A stretch of 10,564 nt of DNA from Candidatus Hadarchaeales archaeon (GCA_038851565.1 JAWCKV010000029.1:1-10564), one strand, 5' to 3'; numbered from the stretch's first letter, positions 1 to 6,558 are shown. Notes: generated by a model from the letters alone, not told the origin. Numbers and translations: made by a program.

Positions 1-267
1 CAGGGAGATCTCCACCACGCCTATGGGAAATATCTTTCCGCTCACAGAGAACTTCAGACCGCTCAGCTCCCTTGTCCCGAGATCGACCTCCACGGGCTTG
101 AGCCCGATCTCCTCGTACTTGGGCGCCAGGATTCTGGCGGTCCTCTGGCGCGGCCTCTCTATAACCTTTAGCTTTCCGGCAGGCAGGTTCTCCAGGGATA
201 TGTCTCCCCCGGCGTCGTAGAAGTACTGGAAGATCACCTTTCCTGTGAAGGTCGGAAGCTTCGGCAT
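1..267 (-). CDS. Hypothetical protein, N-terminal part (runs off the window edge)
   Basis: Not in the ORF track. Manual translation from ATG at 267: MPKLPTFTGKVIFQYFYDAGGDISLENLPAGKLKVIERPRQRTARILAPKYEEIGLKPVEVDLGTRELSGLKFSVSGKIFPIGVVEISL, open to base 1. GGGTGA RBS just upstream and codon usage like the neighbouring genes. Family not recognised. Confidence 0.8.
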   Translation of the reverse strand, partial: MPKLPTFTGKVIFQYFYDAGGDISLENLPAGKLKVIERPRQRTARILAPKYEEIGLKPVEVDLGTRELSGLKFSVSGKIFPIGVVEISL

Positions 268-287
268 TTTTTTCACCCTTTATCTCG

Positions 288-394
288 TGGCGCCGGGGGT
301 GGGATTTGAACCCACGAGGCGCAATGCGCCAACAGGTCTCCGCGGGCATTTGCCCATAGCAACCTGCCGCCTTACCTGGCTGGGCCACCCCGGC
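288..394 (-). tRNA. tRNA-Ser(GCT) with 19-nt intron at 37/38, CCA encoded
   Basis: Reverse complement: GCCGGGG TG GCC CAGCCAGGTAA GGC G GCAGG TT GCT A [TGGGCAAATGCCCGCGGAG] A CCTGT, long variable arm GGCGC-ATT-GCGCC, T arm GTGGG TTCAAAT CCCAC, CCCCGGC, discriminator G, CCA. Anticodon at 360-358. Confidence 0.96.
338..356 (-). other. BHB intron of tRNA-Ser(GCT)
   Basis: Central helix U32U33G34C35 pairs with intron GCGG (two G-U pairs). Bulges are UA|U and AG|A, and the inner hairpin is GGGC-AAAU-GCCC. Canonical 37/38 geometry. Confidence 0.92.
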
Positions 395-419
395 CCGTTT
401 AGGAGTTCTTCCGCCTCCG

Positions 420-432
420 ATTTAACTTTTTG
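420..432 (-). promoter_or_regulatory. BRE/TATA-like promoter for tRNA-Ser
   Basis: Minus strand CAAAAAGTTAAAT, with TTAAA 27-31 nt upstream of the tRNA 5' end. Confidence 0.65.
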
Positions 433-493
433 TCCGGTGGTCAGGTGCAGGACGATTTACCTGCAGCGGATGTCATTCATGATGATCGCGAAA

Positions 494-828
494 GGCGACG
501 GGCGCACCCGAAGTCGACGCCTTCTCCGCACGCAGGTTGCCGGCTCCGAGCTCCGCTCCGTTGGCTGCCAGCGCCGAACGTCCTGACCACCCTTGCTGAT
601 TCGGATCGGGTTTTCCCGATCTTCCGCCCCTGGGGGATTCGCCAGGTAAGGGCGGTTCACCCCGACCCTCCGGCCGGGGCCCCGCCTCCGCCGACCCAGC
701 AGGACGGAGCATCCACGCCGGAAACCGGGCCTAACGCGCGGTTCCAGCGCCTTCTCCGGGCTTTCGGCCCACCGTAAACCCCATTTGTGGTCACAGGGGA
801 GGGGTAGCCCCCCGCCTAGCCCGCCGCC
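494..828 (-). ncRNA. ffs: Archaeal SRP (7S) RNA, 335 nt including a 21-nt insertion in helix 8
   Basis: Terminal helix 1 GGCGGCGGGC/GCCCGTCGCC (10 bp). Alu-like 5' domain GGGCTAGGCGGGGGG...CCCCTGTGACC with a UGUNR motif. Helix 6 CCCCGGCC-GGAG-GGTCGGGG. Helix 8 GAATCCCCCAGG...AGCAAGGGTGG followed by CAGGACGTTCGGCGC, as in euryarchaeal SRP RNAs. Confidence 0.95.
600..620 (-). other. Putative BHB intron within SRP RNA helix 8 (ATCGGGAAAACCCGATCCGAA)
   Basis: 4-bp central helix CGGA(626-623)/TCCG(605-602), 3-nt bulges AG|A (622-620) and AA|T (601-599), inner hairpin TCGGG-AAAA-CCCGA. Removal gives CAGG GGC GGAA GTC AGCA. Confidence 0.8.
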
Positions 829-832
829 AATA

Positions 833-1780
833 TTAACTGGAGCTCCTTAAGATAAGTTCTTTTCTGGGGAGTCCAAGCTCCTCCAGGATCAGGCATGATT
901 TGCACAGGGAAGATGGCGTGGGTTCGCCGCATCTCTCGCACCTGCGGAGGGATATATCCCCGGTGGCCTGGGAAAGCAATGGCTTGATCCTGTCGAACAT
1001 CCTGAGGATCATGAACTTAGAGTTCGGATGTTTCTCCTCGAGCGAGTTCAGAAAGTCCCTTATCTCGGAGTGAAGGCCGCCTGCGTACGGGCAGACTCCC
1101 ATGTGAACGTCGAGTCCCCTGAGCAGCGCGTAGATTGCCATCTCCTTCTCCGGAATTTCCCGCAGGGGCTTTATCCTGGGAACAAAGCCCTCTCTGGGCT
1201 GGTACTTCGGTCCCAGGCGGTAGAGCCTTGATATGTCAGACCTCACGTAGTTGAGCATTATCGCCTGTACCTCATCGTCCAGGTTGTGAGCGGTTGCCAG
1301 CCTGTCGGCCTCCAGCTCCTTGGCAGCGCGGTTCAGAAGCGACCTCCTCATGACACCGCATATGGTGCATGCCCCCATCCTCTTTCCCCTGGTTCTCCTC
1401 ACCATCTCATCCAGCGTGGAGCCGAAGATGTCCCTGAAGCTCACTGTGAAGTGCTCCACCCCCAAGATCTTCGCGTTTTTTCTGGCCGCCATAAGTCCGT
1501 GTTTCCTGTAACCCCTTATCCCTTCATCCACGGTGATCGCAACAAGCTCGCACCTCCTTCTCGAACAGTATTCGGCCAGCATGTGCATGCAGCTCACGCT
1601 GTCCTTTCCGCCGGACACCGCCACAGCCACCCTCTCCCCCGGGGATGTCAGACGGTTCTCAGCCATGGCCCTCCTGAACCTTCCCTCCACGGCCCTGATC
1701 AGGCAGCGGTCGCAGAGAAATAAACCGGCATACCTCATGTGGTACACGGCCCGGCGCCCGCATCTGGAGCAGGTCATCAT
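833..1780 (-). CDS. ttuA: tRNA 2-thiolation protein, TtuA/NcsA (TIGR00269-like PP-loop ATPase)
   Basis: N-terminal CSRC..CDRC Zn finger, PP-loop SGGKDS, CTICG, AHNLDD, CPY and C-terminal CERC..CKSC Zn finger. Adjacent to a GG-ending sulfur carrier. Start is ATG at 1780 or 1777 (track uses TTG 1786). Confidence 0.9.
   Translation of the reverse strand: MMTCSRCGRRAVYHMRYAGLFLCDRCLIRAVEGRFRRAMAENRLTSPGERVAVAVSGGKDSVSCMHMLAEYCSRRRCELVAITVDEGIRGYRKHGLMAARKNAKILGVEHFTVSFRDIFGSTLDEMVRRTRGKRMGACTICGVMRRSLLNRAAKELEADRLATAHNLDDEVQAIMLNYVRSDISRLYRLGPKYQPREGFVPRIKPLREIPEKEMAIYALLRGLDVHMGVCPYAGGLHSEIRDFLNSLEEKHPNSKFMILRMFDRIKPLLSQATGDISLRRCERCGEPTPSSLCKSCLILEELGLPRKELILRSSS
847..864 (-). promoter_or_regulatory. 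Putative SRP RNA promoter inside the 3' end of the thiolase gene
   Basis: Minus strand GAAAAGAACTTATCTTAA: purine run followed by an AT-rich box about 20-28 nt upstream of the SRP 5' end at 828. Confidence 0.5.
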
Positions 1781-1782
1781 CC

Positions 1783-2004
1783 TCAACCACCGGTCACAAC
1801 TCTCATGATCTCCACAGTATCTCCACTCTTCAGCCGCTCCTCCTCCGGCGATATCCTCCCGTTTATCCTGATAACGGCCGTCTCCCTGTTTATCCCCAGC
1901 TTCTTCAGGAGGTCGATGGCTGTTGATCCTCGCCTGAGCCTGACCACCCTGGTTCTCCCCTCGCCCACTATCTTTGATTTGACGACAACGGTTTTCGTGC
2001 CCAT
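1783..2004 (-). CDS. ThiS/MoaD-family ubiquitin-like sulfur carrier (TtuB/SAMP-like)
   Basis: About 73 aa with a beta-grasp pattern (LLKKLGI..AVIRING..LKSGDTVEI) ending VTGG-stop. ATG overlaps the upstream stop (TGATG); GTG 2007 is an alternative start. Confidence 0.9.
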   Translation of the reverse strand: MGTKTVVVKSKIVGEGRTRVVRLRRGSTAIDLLKKLGINRETAVIRINGRISPEEERLKSGDTVEIMRVVTGG

Positions 2005-3182
2005 CACCTCAGGAAGGATGGAATGAAGTTAGCGATGATGAGGAAGAGTATTACAAATGAGAGGATTTTAGTTATCCTGGCCGCGCTCCTCTTTGACATC
2101 CTGCACTCAAGCAGAGCGCGCAGCATGTAGCCCCCGTCCAGCGGGACCGCCGGGAGCATGTTGAAGAGCCCAACTCCAAGGTTTAGGATGAAAATCCACT
2201 TCAGGACGTCTATCAGCCACCAGGGTGCATGGGCCTGGTAGATGTATGGATGGAAAACAGGCGAGCCGACGAGCTCAGCCATGGCCACTCCCGCCACGTA
2301 GAGGGGATTGATGAAGTTGAATGTGTCAGGAGCAGATGCCAGGATCACCGGTAGAAAGGTTGAGTTCTCGTTTTCCGTCCTTCCCATGAGAACTCCGCTC
2401 ACCTCTCTCCCATCAACCACAGCATAAATCCTATCCCCCGCACTGAGCCCCTCTATGGCAGCGTAATAATCGTCAAAGTTTTCAATTGAATGTCCGTTTA
2501 TAGAGCACAGCCTCGCCCCCGGCGGAAAGTTGTCGACGTAGTTCTCGGCAGATGCCCAGATGTACACGCCGGGCTTCGGGCTCAGCAGGAGGAGTATCAG
2601 GCCAAGGCTTACAAATGCGAGGAGCACGTTTGCCACCGAGCCGGCCGCGTAAACCCTCATGCGCTTTGAGGGAGCGGAGGCCTCAAGCTGTTTCTCGTCG
2701 GGCTCGACAAATGCGCCGAAGAGCACGACGAGGACCATGGCCCCAACCGATCTTGTCCTGAGCCCATGCGCCCTGAGCATGATCCCGTGCGAGAACTCGT
2801 GGACAACAAGCAGGAGGCCAACAGCGATCAGCCAGGGAGCTATGGGCAGCCAGGGGATCAGTCCCGGGTATACCAGCATCACCCCCGGGGCCCTTATCGG
2901 GGTGGTGAGCATGATGATGAGGTTCGCGAGGAGCATCACGAATATGAAGGCCATCATCATGAATCCGGCGGCCGCCGCCAGGGTGCCGTATGCGATCCAT
3001 CCCCTCCTGGATAGCCCTGCCGTTCGGTCTATGAAACCCAGGCCCCTTTCGGTCCTCCACATTACGTATCCCGGGGAGACGGTGAACCCGTGCCTTTTAA
3101 GCTCGAACCAGCGGTTGATCAGCCCAATCGCATTCCAGCAGAGGACAAGGAGGGCAACAGCGAAGAGCGCGTCATCTAGCAT
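2004..3182 (-). CDS. Site-2 protease (M50) intramembrane zinc metalloprotease with PDZ-like insert
   Basis: HEFSH (HExxH), GAFVEPD, AGSVAN and FNMLPAVPLDGG motifs, several hydrophobic segments, GGGGTGA RBS at 3192-3186. Confidence 0.93.
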   Translation of the reverse strand: MLDDALFAVALLVLCWNAIGLINRWFELKRHGFTVSPGYVMWRTERGLGFIDRTAGLSRRGWIAYGTLAAAAGFMMMAFIFVMLLANLIIMLTTPIRAPGVMLVYPGLIPWLPIAPWLIAVGLLLVVHEFSHGIMLRAHGLRTRSVGAMVLVVLFGAFVEPDEKQLEASAPSKRMRVYAAGSVANVLLAFVSLGLILLLLSPKPGVYIWASAENYVDNFPPGARLCSINGHSIENFDDYYAAIEGLSAGDRIYAVVDGREVSGVLMGRTENENSTFLPVILASAPDTFNFINPLYVAGVAMAELVGSPVFHPYIYQAHAPWWLIDVLKWIFILNLGVGLFNMLPAVPLDGGYMLRALLECRMSKRSAARITKILSFVILFLIIANFIPSFLR

Positions 3183-3206
3183 TCTTCACCCCAATCCACT
3201 CTCTTT

Positions 3207-3219
3207 CAAAAAACTTAAA
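3207..3219 (+). promoter_or_regulatory. BRE/TATA-like promoter for cutA (likely leaderless mRNA)
   Basis: CAAAAAACTTAAA with TTAAA 26-30 nt upstream of the cutA ATG. No RBS seen before that ATG. Confidence 0.55.
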
Positions 3220-3244
3220 CCGATGGGAGAAGCCCTTAACACAG

Positions 3245-3556
3245 ATGTTTTGCGTTGTGCTCTCCTCCGCTGGCAACGCGCGCGAGGCGCTCCGCATCGG
3301 AAGGGCCCTCGTGGAAGAGGGCTTGGCTGGGTGCGCGACGGTCATCCCCGGAGGCGTCTCGATGTACAGATGGCGCGGGAGGGTGGAGAGGTCAAGGGAA
3401 GCCGTGCTCCTGATAAAGACCAGAAGGTCAAAGCTGAAGCGGCTGATGGCCAGGTTGAAGGAGATGCACAGCTACGAGGTGCCCGAAATCCTGGTGCTGG
3501 ACGTCTCCGGAGGTTCGGAGGAATATCTGGACTGGCTTAAGAAGGTGACGGAGTAG
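3245..3556 (+). CDS. cutA: Divalent-cation tolerance protein CutA
   Basis: 103 aa with LVEEGLAGC, SMYRWRGRVE..E..LLIKT, HSYEVPEI and EYLDWL signatures. Confidence 0.93.
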   Translation: MFCVVLSSAGNAREALRIGRALVEEGLAGCATVIPGGVSMYRWRGRVERSREAVLLIKTRRSKLKRLMARLKEMHSYEVPEILVLDVSGGSEEYLDWLKKVTE

Positions 3557-3564
3557 CTGGACGG

Positions 3565-4275
3565 ATGGCAAGGCCTGCTAGAAGACCCGACACAAGGGAG
3601 GTCGTGTACGCCGAGGACAGGTGGAGGATACTTGAGGACCTGCGGAGGGAGGCTGAAAAGATCATGAGGCCGCTGGAGGAGGCCGGGCTGAGCCCGACGG
3701 TCCACGGCAGCCTCGCGCGCGGGGATGTTGACCGCAGAAGCGATGTCGACGTCTTCATCCCGTTTGAGGTTCCCTCGTACAGGGTGGAGCTTTCCCTTGA
3801 GGGGGCCGGCATAACGTGGCTGAGGAGGGAGATAGTGATGGCCACGCCCTGGCAGCTCCCGAAGGCCCACATAACGATAGACGAGGGCAGATCGGTAACC
3901 TTCCCCCTCGTGAAGCCGGTGAGGACTGAACTGGAGTTCTACAGGTTCGGGGGCGCGATATCGTTTTCGGAGGTGTTGAAGGGCGCGAGGACGCCCGGCG
4001 TGGATAAGAGGCTCATGCTCATAGAGCCCACCCCTGACGGTCATCTGGAAAGTCCGGTGATCGGAAGGGAGGCAGAGGTCGCGAGAAGGGTTGGCGTAAG
4101 CCTGGACATAGTGAGGGAGAGGGTGCAGGTGCTGAGGAGGAGGGCGGAGATCGGCCACACGGGAATATTCGTTAAGAGGGAGCTGGCGCCGGATGAGAGC
4201 TTCGAGGAGGTCTTCAGGGAGCTGGTGAGGGAAAAGCCGGCAATGAAGCTCAGGATGAAGAGGCGACCTCCCTGA
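3565..4275 (+). CDS. Archaeal DNA polymerase beta-superfamily nucleotidyltransferase (COG2413-like)
   Basis: HGSLARGDV..SDVDVFI (GS...DxD) motif plus EFYRFGG, PGVDKRL and ERVQVL..R..IGHTGIF blocks typical of this archaeal family. Confidence 0.85.
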   Translation: MARPARRPDTREVVYAEDRWRILEDLRREAEKIMRPLEEAGLSPTVHGSLARGDVDRRSDVDVFIPFEVPSYRVELSLEGAGITWLRREIVMATPWQLPKAHITIDEGRSVTFPLVKPVRTELEFYRFGGAISFSEVLKGARTPGVDKRLMLIEPTPDGHLESPVIGREAEVARRVGVSLDIVRERVQVLRRRAEIGHTGIFVKRELAPDESFEEVFRELVREKPAMKLRMKRRPP

Positions 4276-5842
4276 ACCTGGATATGACGAAATCCCTGTC
4301 TAGAACTGAGAGGAAGTTGCCTGCCTTGGGACCTGAGGGCCTTCCCAGAAGGGAGATGTATATTGCCCTGAAGAGGGAGGATGGCTCAGCGCCGGCCGCC
4401 CTGCTGACCTCATATATGTGGTTGTGCAGTTCTACCGGGGTGTAGCTCCTCTTTGAGAGATCGGCTGCGAGCATTTCAAGTCCCTTTTTCTGCTTTTCGT
4501 CCAGGTTCCGGGCCTCCGGCGGCATTGTTTGTGCCACCTGGAAGCGCATGGTCTCAGGTGCATAGGACAGAACCCAGTTCTTCGCGCATGAGATCCTCCT
4601 GGCTGCCAGCCTGATGTCCAGCGGCGTCGGGTTCCTGAGCACGTTCCTGCTCTTCAGAATTTCGATCGCATGTTTCTCATCCCTCATGACCTGCGCCAGG
4701 GTCGCCGCAAGCCTGAAGGGCACGCGCTGGATCGGGGAATCCGGAGCCCCTTTTGGCTGGGAGAGCTCATATATCCTCTTCATCTGCCCGGCCTTCCTCC
4801 CCCTGGCCCTTTCGAGCCCGAAGTAAACCCTCTCCACCATGTCAAACTCCTCGTAGAGCTCAACGAGCGTGCTGGAGGGGTCGAACTCCCTGGCCTTCAT
4901 CGGCTTGCTCCTGAATATGAAATACCTGAGAAGCTCCGGCTCAGCCACCTGGAGCCACTGCGGCAGAGTGAAGACGATCCCCCTGGAGGACGACATGTGC
5001 CTGCCGCCGAGGCTCACCCACTCATACGGGACCGGATACGGGGCCCTGCACCTGAACACCCACCTGGCCACCTGTTTTCCCGTGTCATAGCTTCCCCCTG
5101 CCGCAGCGTGATCCTTTCCGAACGGCTCGCACGTCACCCCGAGCAGCTTCCACCTCGCCGGCCACTCCACCCTCCAAGTGAGCTTTCCCTCCCCCCTCGT
5201 GAAGTCCGCCTCGCCTGTGTGCCCGCAGCCCTGCACATAGTCGGTCCCCTCGCACCTGTAGCTCACAAGGTCACCCTTCCAGGAGCAGGCCCTGGTGGTG
5301 GATATCCTGCCGCAGTTCGCGCATATGGGGTCATAGGGGAGCCAGTCGTCGGGAAGAGGAGTTTCCCTGTACCTGTTCAGAATTCTTCTTATCCTCTCCG
5401 CGGATTTCAGGGCGGTCCTTATGAGCTCGGCCATTTTTCCGCTCCTGTACACCTCTGCTCCGGAGTATATCCTCACCTTTATGCCGAACTCCCTCAGAGA
5501 CCTCACGAAGTCTTTTGAAAAGTAATCCACGAAGTTCCTGTAGGCAGGGTCTGGAGAAGGAATGTTGACGTACGGGAATCCAAGATACTGTTCAAATTTT
5601 TCAGCGTTCTCTCCCTGGTTCAGCGGCCAGGGTACCCTCCTCATAGGATCGTAATCGTCCGCGTACCATATCGCAACGGCCTCCCCGCCGAGCTCTTCAA
5701 CCGCCTTCCTTATCCCGTCCGCTATGAACACGTCGTTGCAGTGCCCGATGTGCACGTGGCCGGATATGGATATTCCGCTGGCTACCACGTGTTCCTTTCC
5801 CCTCTTCATGAGCGCTCTTGCGACCCGATCAATCCAGTGCAT
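4250..5842 (-). CDS. lysS: Lysine--tRNA ligase, class I
   Basis: MHWIDRVA start typical of class I LysRS, SGHVHIGH (HIGH), DDYD, CANC Zn motif, GKLTWRVEWPARW, EPFGKDH..GGS, HMSSSRG (KMSKS-like) and Y..LLG..SGPK. Start set at ATG 5842 rather than the track's 5893. Confidence 0.96.
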   Translation of the reverse strand: MHWIDRVARALMKRGKEHVVASGISISGHVHIGHCNDVFIADGIRKAVEELGGEAVAIWYADDYDPMRRVPWPLNQGENAEKFEQYLGFPYVNIPSPDPAYRNFVDYFSKDFVRSLREFGIKVRIYSGAEVYRSGKMAELIRTALKSAERIRRILNRYRETPLPDDWLPYDPICANCGRISTTRACSWKGDLVSYRCEGTDYVQGCGHTGEADFTRGEGKLTWRVEWPARWKLLGVTCEPFGKDHAAAGGSYDTGKQVARWVFRCRAPYPVPYEWVSLGGRHMSSSRGIVFTLPQWLQVAEPELLRYFIFRSKPMKAREFDPSSTLVELYEEFDMVERVYFGLERARGRKAGQMKRIYELSQPKGAPDSPIQRVPFRLAATLAQVMRDEKHAIEILKSRNVLRNPTPLDIRLAARRISCAKNWVLSYAPETMRFQVAQTMPPEARNLDEKQKKGLEMLAADLSKRSYTPVELHNHIYEVSRAAGAEPSSLFRAIYISLLGRPSGPKAGNFLSVLDRDFVISRFREVASSS

Positions 5843-5889
5843 GTGAACCGAAGTAGGTTCTCGCTCTGAGCCTAAAAAAAGTGTATGCG

Positions 5890-6543
5890 TCAATCCTTAC
5901 CATACCTTGAGGTAAGGATCAGGCGGATTGTCCTCGCCTTTTTCCTTCCTATTCCGGGAGTCTCCATCAGCTCCTCCTGGGATGCGCTCATTATTCTCTC
6001 CACAGTTCCGAAGCGTTTCAGGAGCCTCTCAGCAAGCACACTGGAGATCCCGGGAAGCCCCTCCACCACAAAGCGCTGGATCTCCCCGAGCGTCAGCTTT
6101 CTGATCTTTGCCCTGATCGATATGTCCCTCCTCTCCTTCAGCTGCTCCCTTCTTGCGAGCGCAACGATGATCTTCGCCGTATCCTCCTCGTCCTCCGAGC
6201 GCAAGATCGACAAACCGTGATCCAGGACGATCGAGGCCATGGCGCCCCTGATTGCGTTCGGATGGATCAGCCTGCGCGAGAAGATTTTGTTTCCCTCGAC
6301 TATGAGGACGGGCCTCTCGCAGGACAGGCTCAGTTTACCCGCCTGTCTCACGAGCCTCCTGTCCACTATGGACTGGAGGAAGTCATCTGCAGACTTCCTC
6401 TCCACGATCACCCTGTCGCTGACGACGTAGTCCCCGGCCGGGAGATTTCTCAGCTCCACCTCGGCAAGCTCGCGCAGCCATCTCACTACGCCCGAGCCGT
6501 TTTCCCTCCTGTCCGCTATTATCCTTATCCTTCCCTCGCCCAT
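5890..6543 (-). CDS. XPF/ERCC4-family structure-specific endonuclease (nuclease + tandem HhH, no helicase)
   Basis: IADRRE, GDYVV..VERKSADD (GDxnERKx3D) and C-terminal GLPGIS / TPGIG HhH motifs. 217 aa. Confidence 0.9.
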   Translation of the reverse strand: MGEGRIRIIADRRENGSGVVRWLRELAEVELRNLPAGDYVVSDRVIVERKSADDFLQSIVDRRLVRQAGKLSLSCERPVLIVEGNKIFSRRLIHPNAIRGAMASIVLDHGLSILRSEDEEDTAKIIVALARREQLKERRDISIRAKIRKLTLGEIQRFVVEGLPGISSVLAERLLKRFGTVERIMSASQEELMETPGIGRKKARTIRLILTSRYGKD

Positions 6544-6558
6544 CGGGCCACCGCGCGC

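Noticed and set aside
23..220. 65-aa plus-strand ORF
   Set aside because: Antisense shadow of the minus-strand gene starting at 267, which has an RBS and typical codon usage.
602..626. Inverted repeat GATCGGG-TTTT-CCCGATC as a terminator or protein-binding palindrome
   Set aside because: It lies inside the SRP RNA and is better explained as the intron hairpin.
245..777. ORFs 245-586, 430-777, 457-660 and 473-712
   Set aside because: They overlap the tRNA-Ser and SRP RNA genes, have no recognisable motifs and are expected by chance in GC-rich structured RNA.
485..835. Terminal BHB or permutation of the SRP RNA (Thermoproteus-style circularisation)
   Set aside because: Helix order is canonical, and the flanks of helix 1 (AATATT / TTTCGCG) do not form a recognisable BHB.
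3565..4275. Nucleotidyltransferase as an MNT antitoxin or CCA-adding enzyme
   Set aside because: Too long for a minimal MNT and has no HEPN neighbour; much shorter than archaeal CCA-adding enzymes.
2659..5518. Long alternative ORFs (2659-3540 +, 3472-4158 -, 4670-5518 +)
   Set aside because: Antisense or off-frame shadows of well-supported genes, with low-complexity Pro/Arg/Ser-rich translations.
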